Source: Anthoceros angustus
Lineage: Eukaryota; Plantae; Anthocerotophyta
Assembly (NCBI GenBank): GCA_010909165.1
Contig: VJWM01000219.1
Coordinates: 1-64,000 of the forward strand
Length of the DNA stretch: 64,000 nucleotides
Direction of reading: 5' to 3'
Part shown: in pieces, positions 1 to 12,702 of the stretch
Position numbering within the stretch: the stretch's first letter is position 1
Layout: each line of letters starts with the position of its first letter
Translations under genes and position numbers: made by a program
The notes under the pieces: model-generated
Told to the model about the DNA's origin: nothing
Seen by the model: the letters and a program-made list of their open reading frames with translations, nothing else
Databases searched by the model: none

Positions 1-789
1 ATCGCAACACTCTAAACCCGATCCTCGCATTAAGGCCATTTCATATAAACTCAGTAGCACCGTAATGTAAATATGTAACACACATTGTAACAGAACATGC
101 AAGTTCTAGTGTAAGAGGGGCAATTATGTCCCTCACGGCAGATAACTCGTTGAGATCCCACGCGCTCGTGGGCCGGTTGAGACGCCCGATTGATGGTGAG
201 GTGGAGGGCGCAAGACGCCTTAGGGGTGGTCGAGAGCTTGCTCCCAACTGGGGTGAAGGGTGATGGAGCAATTTTACGACAACGGAGGAGGAAACCAAGG
301 GATTGGCGCGCGGTCTAGGAGCTTGCTCAGAACGCCAGACGCCTGAGGTTCTTCTCTCCTTCACCTTGATCCCGAAGCCTGTGTTCCAAATCGAGAGTGT
401 TTGAATGGATGGTTGAAGTTCGCGCTAACTGAGGGAGAGAGAGAGAGGAGAGAAGAGATCTGACGGAGAGATCAGTCAACAGTAGGTGTGCGATCGTGGC
501 GGAAAGAGAAGGAGAGCGAAGCGGGACGCTTGCGGAGAGTTGTGTGTGGTTTCAGAAACTCGAACCTGGGCTTGCAAGCGAAAGTGCACAAGGGAAACAA
601 CGCCTCCGTGGCGCTGGCAGAGCGCGGTCGTGCGCAGATCCGGAATGCGCTCTCCTGCTCCATCGTCCATTCCACTCTTGGTCCTTCCTCAACAAGCTCG
701 CTAGTGGGCAGCCCGCTGTAAATTTGGGACAAAACGCAGAATACCTAACCATCTCTGTGAACCCAGAGTTCCTTTTAGCTTAAGGCGCT

Positions 790-1440
790 CTAAGGGTGGC
801 TATGACCTTACCTTGTCCGGATCGACCTCGATGCCTCCGCTGAAACCGATGCCCCACGTAATCCTCCTCGACATGCCAAAGTAGCACTTTCTCCGATGCA
901 GCATAATTGCGGGTTCGGACACCGCCCAGACACTTCGGAGGTGCGACAAATGGTCCTCGACAGCCCCAAATACGCAGAAGTCGTCCAAGAAAACTTCCAT
1001 AAAGTCCCTAAGGAAGTCCTTGAAGATCTTGACAATGGTTCGCATGAAAGAGCCAGCGCCCTATTGCTTTAAATGCGCTGCGCTTGTAGGCATATGTCCC
1101 CATTGCTAAAAGCAAGGGCGCCAATCGCCTCCCTAAGGTGTAGTAAGGTTATACCTGCAGTACCCATCTAAGAATGAATACACCATCCGCCGCCACTCGC
1201 ATCTAGGATATTATCGATGAAGGCAACGGAAAGTGATCCCTTCTTGGTGACTTTATTCAATCTCACCCGCTGTACATTCGGATTTTGCCCGCCGCCTCTT
1301 AGGTACTACTATGATTGGAGCCACCCATCTAAGATGACTATAGGATAGATCACATCCTACGGTTGTGCAAGATTCGACCAAGCCTCACGGCCGCTTATGC
1401 ATAAGGATCGATATGAATCGTATTCGTACTTTGGGCATAC
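790..1440 (-). mobile_element. Degenerate Ty3/gypsy reverse transcriptase fragment (Athila/Tat-like)
   Basis: Frameshifted minus-strand translation gives WVAPIIVVPK...DHFPLPFIDNIL...YSFLDGY...IFKDFLRDFMEVFLDDFCVFG...KCYFG...GIEVDPDKV, i.e. RT motifs including the (Y/F)LDD active site. Confidence 0.85.
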
Positions 1441-1469
1441 CGAATGCTGAAAAGGTGACAACGCAGGAC

Positions 1470-1860
1470 CTCAGACCTATATACGGACACTCACCGCTAT
1501 GCCAATAGAGTTCGGCACCCACCCTCGTAGTACAGAAACAAGTCGAATGCGTGTGGAGGAAAGCCAATTGAGAGGTTGGTTGATTCAGACATACACAAGA
1601 CGAGAACAAGCACTACAAGTTATGCGGATGTTCAAGAGAAGGAAGGAATGGCATGATAAGCGATCAAGCGCCAAGAGTATGTTGTTCCGGGACCGCTCTA
1701 TTGATATAACCGATACATGCATTTTCCGTAAGTTACATTTAAGGTGGATGGGACCCTACAAAGTTTTGGAGGTTTTTCGACAACGGATCTATCCAGCAGT
1801 AGCTTGAATGGATCGCCCGCCAACTAGAGTCAACGGTTGGCGAGTTAAAAGTTACAATAA
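1470..1860 (+). mobile_element. Degenerate Ty3/gypsy integrase C-terminal region
   Basis: REQALQVM...RKEWHDKR...KLHLRWMGPYKVLEVF-DNGS...PTRVNGWRVKSY matches the KL...W.GPY.V / VNG.R.K.Y pattern of gypsy integrase C-termini; frameshifted. Confidence 0.75.
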
Positions 1861-4800
1861 GTTGGCGAGGACGCCAACAAATGAGAAGGGAGTATGTGAA
1901 GACCACATATACACTAACCCCTCAAGTGCCTGGATGAACGATTTTTTTTGTTTTGGGAGTGTTTGTATAGCAAAGTGCTTTGAGAATCGCCTGGTAAGGT
2001 CTTTTATACGAGAATGGTCCTTGGCCCTTGGGATAATAATTTTTTTTTGAACCTTAGGTTTTTCGAATTTTGATAGGTAGGTGAGATAGAGTCCTTGGGT
2101 TTTGGTGATTTTAGAAATAAGAAAGTGTCTATATATGTTAGGTGCCTACACCGCCACAGCAGCGGGGAGGTAGCCGCCCACCACGGTGGTCAAGAACGGG
2201 ACGCATGCACTGGGGAGTTTACAACCCTAGTGGCGAGCGGCCGCCGACAATGGAGCGCAATCGAGACGACACACCAAAGACCGCGAGGTCGCGAATTCGG
2301 GCGTCGGGCGAGCCGCAGCAAGCGGGCGCGCGATGCAACCGCGCTGGGCGAGCTCGCTCATTGCAGCAGTTGGACGACGCCACGTGCACGGCGGGCGGAG
2401 GAAGAGAACCGTGGCCGGCAAGTAGCGGGAGGAAAAGAGACGCTGAGGCAAGAGCGCCAAAAGGCAAGTGGAGGAGACGCGAGGGTGGTGTTCCTTTTCT
2501 CGACCAGGTGAGGGTGGGTTCTTTCCTCAAGAAACAAGGAGAAAGAGAGATGGCGCCCGAGGCCAAATTTCACTCATGCAAAGGCCCAACATGGACCATC
2601 GGAAGGTGAGAGCGGCACCGTGCGTGGAGCTGGGTCCGGAATTTATGGAGATGAAATGGTGTTACGACACCAAAGATTGGTGCAAGAGTGCGCCGCAATT
2701 GAGAACCAAGTTGCAAGAGGGAGACGCGAGGAAGAGGCCGAAACTGGATTTGGGACTCTTTCGAAAGCAGAAGGGGCGAGAAGCATGAGGATGGAAGCTT
2801 GGTAACCCCTGAAAGAAGACCCCGAGAGCGCAGCCGCGCCATGAAGCCCGGAGAAGTGAGAGTAATGAATGGGTGACTCGCCAACTCGTGTCTCACTGTG
2901 GGATTAGCCAAGTGGATTTTGTGTTTCGCAATCGAAGTTGGATCATATGGCGCACTACTCGGTCTTTCTTCATGAGGTGGTTAAAGGTACACAAATCGAT
3001 TGGGGCGGATGATCTTTGAAAGAGCCTGTGAGGAGAGGGCGAATTCCTCTTCCCTCGACCCTCCTTGATTTCACCTTTTCTAATTCATGTGTTCACATTC
3101 CGTGTCTAACGGAGTTGAAGTCGTGGTTCCGCCTTCATAGCCGGAAACCGTGAACCCAAGGTAGAGGAGGAGGAGGTAAGGAAGATTCCGGAAGGATTTA
3201 GCTTGGGAATGCGCCTCCTAGAAGATTCGGATGGTGGGGAGGTTTCCAAGGGCAAGAAGCGAGGGCGCGACGGCCGAACGGGTCGGCGAAGAAGGGAAGG
3301 ATGGCCGTAGCAGAAGAAGAACCCACAGCCACACCTAGGGTCACCAGTCGAAATCCAGCAGGAACGCGAGTGAAGGAGGAGAAAATAAAAGGGAACGACA
3401 AGTTGTGCCCCTCAGTGGGGAGGAGTCGCCGCTAGGAGAGATTGGAGCGGATGAGGAAGTTGTGGCAAACCAACCCCTAGAAGAAGAGGGGTTAGTTTCG
3501 ATAGCCAAGTCCGCGAGAGCTCCGAACATTTTGGCGACATTTCACCGACCCGTCCTAGGTGGAGGCAGTGACACCGCCAAGGCGAGAATTGTTGTGGAAG
3601 GGGGCACGGGCAGCCCACCTGAATGGCCCTCGCCGCCATGGCTCGACGCAGCGGATCTCCTCGACTGCAGCCATGGCTCTCACCGGCCGAGTGCAGTGGC
3701 CAACAGAAAAGTTGCTCAAGGAGAAGTTGGAGAGCCCGAAGGCGAGAACAAGGTGGCGAGGAGCGCAGACGGAATGCGAGGCGGCCCTATGCAAGGCATG
3801 TGAGCTAAAGGCCATGTCCACCCAACAGAGGCCTTAGTGAATCAGTCAAGGGGCGATGCCACAATCGAGGAGCTTCAAGATGAGGTCTCGCGAGCCTGTG
3901 AACAAATGGAAACAATGGCGCCCGAGAAATTCAAGAAGTCGGAGAGATATAAGCGAGAGAGAGATGAAGCTAGGGCCGAGTCAAGAGAGAGGTCCAAACC
4001 AAGAAGGGCAGAGCCACAAAGAACAGCAGAGCAAGCCACCACCGTGGAAACTACCACCACGGTGGCTAAACCGCCACCGCGGAAGGAGGAACCGAGGTGG
4101 GGAAGTCACCGATGAGCGCCGCAGTGGGGATACGATCCCTGATTCCAAGGCACTGCTGATTGTCCATGGGAGGAGAGGGTAAGAACCTCCGTAGTCAAGA
4201 GCGACAGTGCTACGGGCCTGAGGATGCTCATGTCCCCGGCTTCGCCGCATGGTGAGCGGGTGCTCACTCTAAATGTGTATGTGGTTGTTGGGACAGAGGG
4301 GCGTAAACTATTGGTTGACATCTTGACGCCGGCGCTACTGGTTCTTCCGAACGGAGCGGGGCCTACCCCCAAGTGGTGATCGAGGAAATGAGCCAAGCCG
4401 TGGCGTGGAGGAGGAGCACACGGTGGCAGTCCAATGAGGAGCGGAATAACATAGGGGGCCTATAGACGACGACGCCCATGGAAGACGCCAAGAAACCGTG
4501 CAGTGATCCGAGGTGGAGGTTTTGGGGAGAATCGCCGGATCGAGGCGCAAGGAGAGCGAGAGCGACGGAACCCCACCCGCAGTGGCTAGGCAAAGAATCA
4601 TGACGCGCGCCGATTTTAGGAGCGCGACATCATAGGCCGAGGCTTTTTGGGGTAGGGGATAGGATGTTTTGAGGACCCGTGAGTCAGTAGTCGAATTGGT
4701 AGGAGCGCCGTGGTAGTGGGCCATATTTTAGACACCGTAGGAGTGAGTGGAAATCCACAATGAATGTATAAGAGACCCTTGAGAGTCTCTCCAATGCATA

Positions 4801-5081
4801 CTGTGTGAACTTCCGGTTGAAGCTATGCGCGCGAGGTTGATTGGAGACGATCAAGATCAAACTCGCTCGATGCACCGCACCGCTACAAGAAGGCCGGAAG
4901 ATCCTCGGATGGTCGAGAGCGAGTGGCCAAGCTCCACGCCTGGGTGACGGAAGGCCGGCGCGCCGAAAAAGAGGTAGGAATTGCGAAGGCCGAGGCGGAA
5001 CCCGGAAGGCGATCGCCCAAGCACCGACCGGGTTTTCTTCCGATCCTCTTCCCAACCGCGCCACCAGCGTGTTTTATTAAA

Positions 5082-5190
5082 GAGGGGTCTGTGGCCCAAG
5101 GAGGGGTCTGTGGCCCAAGGAGGGGTCTGTGGTGGCCCAAGGAGGGGTCTGGCCCAAGGAGGGGTCTGTGCTGGGGGGTCGTGGCCCGTG
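5082..5190. repeat. 19-bp GC-rich minisatellite (GAGGGGTCTGTGGCCCAAG), about 5 copies
   Basis: Directly visible tandem units with small indels. Confidence 0.9.
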
Positions 5191-6189
5191 AGGCGAGGGA
5201 GAGTTCATTAGGGGAAAGGTTCTCAAAGGGTAGATGAGTGCCGTGAGGGATTGTGAGGTGTGAGGGAAAATCGAAATGCGAGGGGAGTGGAAGGTGGAAT
5301 CGCAGAAATTCCTAGAGGTAAAGTGAGGTGTATATAGGTGTCTGTATGTCCATAGCCCCCAAGGTCTCGCGCCAGAAGCCGGTGACAATAGACCCCGCGA
5401 CAAGGCGTGGTGGGACCCGCCATGTTGAACCAGCCACGGGGTGGCCGAGTCTACGGTGGTGGGTTTGGGGTAGGTAGGCGGATAAGGTGGGGTGGTGGCG
5501 GAGGGTAGGTCTAGAATCCATAGATTGAACACCTTGACACAAAACCATTCCCTTGGGATCGAATCCTAGGACTATAACGACATAGAGGGTAAATGTGGCC
5601 TCTTTGCGTCTTGGATGCAAAACCCATTCCACAAGTGGCATGTGGTGGGCCTCATCTACTAAAGCACGCTTAAAGCGAGTGGTGCTTGGTGGCTCTCTGC
5701 CGTGTTACAATCGCCTTGGCCTTCATGATCGTGAGGTGTCATCCTTTCTCACCCGCCACGGATCGGCATATGGCTATTGGGGGATTTTGCGATTCAACAT
5801 CGCTGGAAACCCATTTTGTCTGGAAATGTATGTGTTCAAGAAACCCAGCACATCCTTTGGGTCGCTCGGCCTGCGCAACAAGTGGGACCAGATTTTTCGG
5901 CTCTTACTATGATATGCGCCAACTCCTCAGATTTCCAAACTCGGAGGGAAACTTATCTCTTACTTCAAGCCGATTGGCTACTACTTTTAGTGCAGGTTCC
6001 TTAGCAAAGCTATTTAGTCTTCTGATCTTTGTTTGACCTACTTTCTTTGCTTTAACGCTCTCCCAAATGTCACTACATTCACGTTCTTGATTCCTGTTCA
6101 GGCGTCATAGCCTCACGGCTGCATACGCCTAATGATCTATAAATAAATAAATAACAGGGGATCGATGAAATTGGAGCATTGCGGGGATC

Positions 6190-6480
6190 GAAGTCATACT
6201 TTCTCAAGTAACAGAGCAAGGAGACGAGCGAGTTGTGGCGTATGCTTGCAGGTCTAATAACTTGGTAGAGGCAAATTATTTGTCTTATGAGAGCGAATGC
6301 TTGGCTGCAGTTTGAGCAACGTTACATTTCCGTGTGCATTTGTTCGGGAGGAGGTTTCAACTAGTGACAAATCACCAACCCCTGCACTGGCTCATGACGA
6401 ACATGAAGCTCAGTGGGAAAGGGCAAGGTGGGCTTTGCTATTGTCAGATTACGACATGGAGATTGTACATAGGGCAGATA
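6190..6480 (+). mobile_element. Retrotransposon RNase H relic
   Basis: Frameshift-corrected: EQGDERVVAYACRSNNLVEANYLSYESECL...HFRVHLFGRRFQLVTNHQPLHWLMTNMKLSGKRARWALLLSDYDMEIVHR. Confidence 0.85.
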
Positions 6481-7186
6481 AGGCTTTCTACACCTTGCAT
6501 GCTGCTGCAGAAGACCACATGAGGGCAATGGCCCTGCACCCGCCCTATCATATTGATGAAGTGATTGTCCAGGACAATGATCTGAGATCAGACAACAACA
6601 TTCAGTCGGGAGAATAAGTGGAGATCAAGCCTGAGCAAATGTCTGAAGATGAGGAAGATTATATGCATCCTCCTCCCCCGCCAATGTATGAGACCAGCAT
6701 CTCCAAGCGTTTTACTTCTCACTCGGTTGGTTTTTGGTAGCTCTAGGTGCAAAATCTAGTTCTCTAATGCTAGTTGTTCACTAGATTTTGCAGGGGGGTT
6801 TTCGCGGGGTTAGGATTTTGCTTAGTTCTTCTTTTGCTTTGCTACTTTGTTAGTTAGCCAATAAGCCTATTTTACAGGTTTATTAAATACTTGTTTAAAT
6901 GATAAGTCTATTTTGGAGGTTTATCCAGACCCTGAATCTTAATGCTTCACACACTGAGACAAGACCTAATGTGGCCATGGACAGCTACGCTGCCTCACGG
7001 CGGGACAGAGGCTTACTTCTAGGTGGTATTGGTAGTCACGCTTGGCTTAGAGCTAGAAGTAATCTACTTAAAGCAATTATTTGGACCTTCTTATTACTAA
7101 CCACATACTGACTAAAGTAGATTCATGACTGCAATACGTATACTACTTATGTAGTTGTACCCTGCCATCTACATACGTATGTAGCT

Positions 7187-7196
7187 AGAAGCTTCT
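7187..7196 (+). promoter_or_regulatory. Heat-shock-element-like palindrome AGAAGCTTCT upstream of sHSP1
   Basis: nGAAnnTTCn about 155 bp upstream of the sHSP ATG; only two units, so weak on its own. Confidence 0.45.
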
Positions 7197-7349
7197 CAGT
7201 CGGACCCGGGAATTTCATTCGGCACAGTCGTCCGCAGGATAAATGGCGCTACGCGCCTTCTGATGCTTACATTCTTCCGCGCGGCCCGAGTGACATATCG
7301 CTTCTGTTCTTGAAGTTCACGTTCCAGGTTTCGTCCATATTCTTAAACG

Positions 7350-8076
7350 ATGTCTGAGGTTCAAGTACCTCCGTCTTACTCCAAGTTCCTGAGGACATGT
7401 TTCAAGGATCGACCGCTTTTTCCTGATGCTTTCCCGTGCGATGGGGATCTGCTGGACTCGCCGTTTCTTTCTAACATCGATGTCGACTGGTTTGAAACTC
7501 CTGGCGCACATGTGATCAAGGCCAATCTTCCCGGTGAGCTCCTATGTTCTTCGAAGTTGGAACAAGTTTGCGAGTCGGTTTCCTTTCCCTTGGAACTGTA
7601 TTCTGACAATCTGTACACTGAATTGTCCCTGCTCGTTCCTGATCCTCGGACCTCCACCACTGCGCCTGTCTTTGGCGGGAAGCAAGCTTGCTGCCGCAGC
7701 TCCACGGTCGAAGTTGCTGTGCATGTTTGCTGTGGAGTCTACGGGCTACATCCCGACTGCTTGAGCGTTTATGTGTTTTTTCTCCTCCATTGCTTGTTGA
7801 ACAGGTGTGACAAAGCAAGATCTCAAAGTCCATATATCAGATGATCGCGTCCTGAGTATTATGGGAGAGCGTACCACAGAGCATGCTACCGAGCTGAGAC
7901 AGTGGCACAGGATGGAGCGCATCTCCGGAAGATTTAGCCGGGATTTCTGGCTCCCATATAACGCGAACCTCGACAGCCTCTCCGCCAAACTGCAGGATGG
8001 AGTCCTCACTGTGACAGTTCCTAAAGTGACGGAGAAGGAGGAGAATCTTGCCCCCCGCAATATTGAAATCTCTTGA
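7350..8076 (+). CDS. Small heat-shock protein (HSP20/alpha-crystallin domain), 2 exons (7350-7533, 7805-8076)
   Basis: IDVDWFETPGAHVIKANLP|GVTKQDLKVHISDDRVLSIMGER...[41 protein letters not shown]; GT-AG intron 7534-7804 restores the frame. Confidence 0.93.
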
Positions 8077-8545
8077 ACAATCTACACTCACCAGGACTGT
8101 GACTCCCTGGCAGACATTATACCCTCGTACTACGTGCAATCTAGTCAAGTCTACCTACGTCCTCTCGATGTCTCGGTCTAGGCTATGGCGACCCGCGAGG
8201 TTGTCTCATAACGTCAGGCACGTCATTCTTTCCTTGGATGCCATAATTCGCATTGATTTCATCATGAATTTTATCTTGCCTCTGGGCAGCGACAGAGTAC
8301 GGCTCCGGGGTCTCTTATTACCATCTATGTAATCACGCTATTGCGATCAGTAAATAATTTCCCATCCACCAGACTGTTTTGGCAGTAAATTCTTATTACC
8401 ATAGACATCTCACCTAGTTTTCTTCTCATTTATACAGCTTTTGGTTCAAAAGATAATTGCTAAGCTTCCGGTAGTTTAGGTATTTGTGTAGGGTTTTCAT
8501 CTGATAATTGATGGGTAGCAAAATATGGAGGACTACAAAGGGACT

Positions 8546-8891
8546 GAACAAAACCAAGGTGCCCATGATAGCTATCTAAGTTGTTAGAAGTAACTTGAGC
8601 TATTCTAAAACTTATAAGGAAGCATGTTACCTCGTTCTCAAGGTTGTCCATGTATATAACAAAATGAACAAAACCAAGGTGTTCATGATAACTATCTAAG
8701 TAATTAGAACAGCTTGAGCTGTTCTAAAAGCTCTAAGAATTTATAATAACCTCGCTTGCAAGATTGTCCATATATGTGAGAGAATGAACAAAACCAAGGT
8801 ATCTATGATAGCTATCTAAGTTGTTAGAAGTAGTTAGAGCTATTCTAGACCCTCTAAGAAATCATAATAACCTCGCTTGCAAGGTTGTCCC
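8546..8891. repeat. 120-bp tandem repeat, about 2.9 copies
   Basis: GAACAAAACCAAGGT...ATGATAGCTATCTAAG recurs at 8546, 8666 and 8786. Confidence 0.9.
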
Positions 8892-9514
8892 GTAAGAGCT
8901 TCAGCACTTTCCAAAAGGTAAGTATGGGAGATAGTGCAATATCAAGGGGTTTCAAATAGCAGCTTGCTACATCTGGAACCCCTATAGTATGTTATTTCAA
9001 ATTTTTTAAAGTACTTAAGTTATTTCAAAAAGCTATAACAAATGATAAAAAATAAGCCTCAAAACTCTTCAAATAGATATAAAATTTATTTTAGATTAAG
9101 AAACTCAAAGTAAGGATATATAAGCAGTATAGTACTTAATGCCTGGGAAGTTATTTTGGGTCAAACAACTCAAGGTTAAGATATATAAGCAATGTGGTAC
9201 TTTGTGCCCGGGATGTGTGACCCTTGGGGACCTTATGATGTCCTTGGTAGATAAAATATACATATAATAGTATTGAAGAACCCTATAGAACAAACCTATA
9301 CAGTCACAAAATTAGGGTTTATAGGACGATCCTATACAAAATGAGTCCACGCATGAAGACCGACTCATTCTTTGCCGAGCAAATAACCCCTATGTCAAAT
9401 AAAATCCGATTTTCTTTTCACAAAGCCGGGAATGTTTGTCTAAAAGCGGTTGCACTAAAGCGACGAAAGCCATATGTGGGGTAAATACACCGAATCGTCG
9501 AGACAGTGACATCA

Positions 9515-9620
9515 CGTTCCGGAGCGTTCGAGCCATGTCCAGACCTGTCGCTCGAAGCTTCAGGAGATGGCAAAGGAAGCTCGTAGACCTTTCTGGACAC
9601 TCTCCACAGGAATATAAATC
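9515..9620 (+). promoter_or_regulatory. Heat-shock promoter of sHSP2 (HSE arrays plus TATA box)
   Basis: TTCcgGAGcgTTC (~9517), GAAgcTTCagGAG (9554-9566), GACctTTCtgGAC (~9587) and TATAAAT at 9613-9619. Confidence 0.7.
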
Positions 9621-9769
9621 TTGCTCCTCGTTCCCCGGCTTGTCATTCTTCTACGCTTCTTTCTGCGATCACGAACATTGGCAGTCTTGCGCAGCGCGAT
9701 CTTCGTGCGTTCTCATTTCAAGCTAGTCGCTTCACCCGCACGCGTCTCGGCCATACACTGTCCCGAGCG

Positions 9770-10447
9770 ATGGCGCTAACTCCGTTCGGCCGGCGGTCGT
9801 CTGTGTGGAGCCCCCTCTCCTTCCCCAGCTTCTGGGATCCCGTGGACTCTATCTTCGATCGTCCTTGGGCCGTTTCTGTTGCCTCATTCCCTGAGGATGT
9901 GCACGCCATTGCCAGCACCAAGGTTGATTGGGTTGAAACCCCCGAAGCACATGTCTTCAAGGCTGATCTTCCTGGTATGCTCTTTCCTCCGTACATCGGT
10001 TTCTTGAAACTGTATTTGTCGTGGCGGGGGTAAGGAATATGACTAGGTAGCTTGTTTCTTCTGTGACGAGATTGCATTCTGTCTGATCTCATCCCGGAGT
10101 CCTGTTTGCATGGCCCGCGTGAACTAGTTTTCTTGATCGAGTCCTGACGGCTGTTTGTGCGTTGAACAGGTTTGAAGAAGGAAGAGATCAAAGTGCAGTT
10201 GGAAGATGGCCGGACCCTGACTATCATTGGTGAGCGCACGAAAGAGGAGACGAAGCAGCAGGATCAGTGGCACCAAGTTGAGCGGTCTTCTGGAAAGTTC
10301 CAGCGCCGGTTCCGGCTGCCGGAAAATGCAAAAGTGGACGACATCAGCGCCGGAGTGGAGCATGGTGTTCTGACGGTGACTGTTCCCAAAGTGAAGCCGA
10401 CTGAAGAATCCGCTGCACGAAACATCGAGGTCACACAGACTTCGTAG
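9770..10447 (+). CDS. Cytosolic class I-like small heat-shock protein, 2 exons (9770-9974, 10170-10447)
   Basis: MALTPFG...FWDP...[19 protein letters not shown]|[23 protein letters not shown]...[41 protein letters not shown]. Confidence 0.96.
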
Positions 10448-10824
10448 GTTATGTGGGTACTGGTGCGTTGTACGTACGTGTTAAGGAACTGAAGTTACTC
10501 CAATCAGCTCAGTGGAGCACCCAACTCACCTCGTGTGTTTGACATAATTTCAATAACAGGAGATACTACCTTGTACTCGTCTTTCAGGCGTGCCCTTCGC
10601 TCGCCCGTTCGTTTTATATAGTGAAATAAAAGCACTTACAATTCCATTTTGCTAAAATTTCTAATGTTCTATTGATTTGATAGCAACAGTACTAGTGGCA
10701 CAGTTACACACAGCAGAGCTATAGCAATAGCGGTATAGTTACCTGCAGAGAGACAGAACGACATTGTTAACTTTCTGACGAAATCGCGACGTACTGAAGG
10801 CTGGTGAGTCCTTTGGTTAGGGTC

Positions 10825-12330
10825 TTAACTTGATGTAGAAATTATTTCTGGCTCCCAGTCTCGCACCTTGCAGTGCACTTTGGCAACGCTGGCCATGTAG
10901 TCACCCGATCTGTGTACCGACAGAACAGTAAGTCCTGAACATGAACAATTATATGTGAACCTGCAGTTGCCGAATGTACTTACCTCAAGGCATACTGACT
11001 CCCTGCTGCTTGACTGATGGCAGCCTGGGCGGCTTCCTCGTCACCCTGTGCATGACAAAAGCCATAGTCCACAAGTTACGCATTGTTTTGCTGTTGTGTC
11101 ATTGAGGTAGCAAGACAGCTGCAGTACCTCGCTTTCGTAATACAGTCCAGCATATAGTTTTGCGTAGAACCATGAGCTAGATGCATCCGGTGCATCTGAT
11201 GAGCCAGCTTCCGCTAAAAGCTGGGGACAGAATGAGAAGAGTTAGCATGGCATCGCTCGCACCAGTATCTGATTCCCAGAGGAGGACAACATTCACCCAC
11301 TGCTCTCACTTTTTGCGGGCTGCCACCATCTCTGAAGAGCTCATAAGCTAGTCGCATGTATGGACGTCTATCTGAACCAACCTGGCAATGGACAGAAATG
11401 GTGCTCACATGAGATGGTCACAAAAGCAAAGCACATGAAAGGAGGAGTGATTTCCTGAAGATTCATACTGACCTGCAAGAACCTCTTGCGTGCTTCGCTG
11501 GTGCCATACACTTTAGCCTCGCATAGGTAACACCATATAGACTGGCAGCAATCAAATACGTCAAAGCATGAATGACAGATTGGAAGCTTCACAGAATACA
11601 GAAGACATTAGAAAACAGAGGAAGGTCAGTGTGTGTCCACCTCCTCAGTATCGTTTGGATTGACCGCAACGTCGTCTCTAAACTGGGTTGCACCTTCTTC
11701 AAACCTGCGTGTCGCCCGAACTGAGATGCACAGCAGCAGTTTGCAAATGTAAACAGTGCAGACTAGTTTGCTTACCTGTCTAAGTAGAACAAGGACAAAC
11801 CCCGCTGCCACAAATCTGCACCAACAACAGTAACGCTCATTAACAAAAAAGAGGCCGAGTAGAGGTAGGGCAGACTGGAAGGGCCTCAGTTCTCACACAT
11901 GGCTTCTGCGAGGGGTCCAGCTCCAGTGCTCTGTCGAACTCCACAAGAGACCCTTCAACATCACCCTGCGCGGAAGAAGTTGGTGTCATACTTCCGTTCA
12001 ACACAGCACAGCCTTTGGGAGCTTCCCAAATGGCAACTGTGAAGCTGGCATTCCCACCTCCGTGAACAGCTGCATGCCTTGTCTGATTGCCTGGCTGGCT
12101 TGCTGTTGCGGACCGTAGCGCGTCCCTGCGCTTGCTCTGATCGACAAGCGCCTTGGTCTGTGCCTGCTCGCCCTCCCTGTCGGATTGGTGGGGCAGGCCA
12201 CAACCGGAGCGGCAATCTGCAGTCCCCGGAAATGCAGGCCCCTGGCCAGAGAAGTGCTGCAGGGAGTCCCATGAGCTGCCGTCTGCTGCCACCAGAGCCT
12301 GCCGCTCACATGCCCTGCGAGCACCACCAT
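10825..12330 (-). CDS. TPR-domain protein with predicted plastid transit peptide (multi-exon; resembles the Arabidopsis At3g05625 type)
   Basis: Exon pieces: AIRQGMQLFTE, GDVEGSLVEFDRALELDPSQKP, RFEEGATQFRDDVAVNPNDTEE, SIWCYLCEAK..EARKRFLQV, DRRPYMRLAYELF, WFYAKLYAGLYYES, DYMASVAKVHCKVRDW; GT-AG boundaries; Arg/Ser/Ala-rich N-terminus. Orthology assigned from memory. Confidence 0.8.
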
Positions 12331-12491
12331 CTTTGCTGCAGCCTGCGCCTGCAGATCATGTACAACAAGCTGTGGACATGCTTGTGTTCTGTTCTAATTT
12401 GCTTTCGGAATGAGCTCCGTTTTCTTAGCTTCGTTATTCAATGTTCTGCGATTATTCGATAATGACCATTTTCTCCAAGCTCGTGACGTTC

Positions 12492-12702
12492 GAAGAAGAA
12501 GGAGAAGAATTTTATTTAAGTCCACTAAGGACGGATTTCCGTCATGGGACTTGGTACTTAACAAGTTGTACCATGGTGTGCCTAAGCTACTTGCACCAAG
12601 GGCATCCACTCCCTTTAGCACCCCATCTAAGTACCGATCCAAGCTCAGGATGCTTAATTACGATATTCTTATAAATGTGTGTCCATTTGGCTTAAGCCAT
12701 TT
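12492..12702 (+). mobile_element. Single arm of the foldback/MITE family also found at 27194-27798
   Basis: Shares GAAGAAGAATTTTATT.AAGTCC...CTTGGTACTTAACAA.TTGTACCATGGT...CTAAGCTACTTGCACCAAGGGCATC...GTCCATTTGGC.TAAGCCATTT with the left arm at 27194. Confidence 0.8.
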
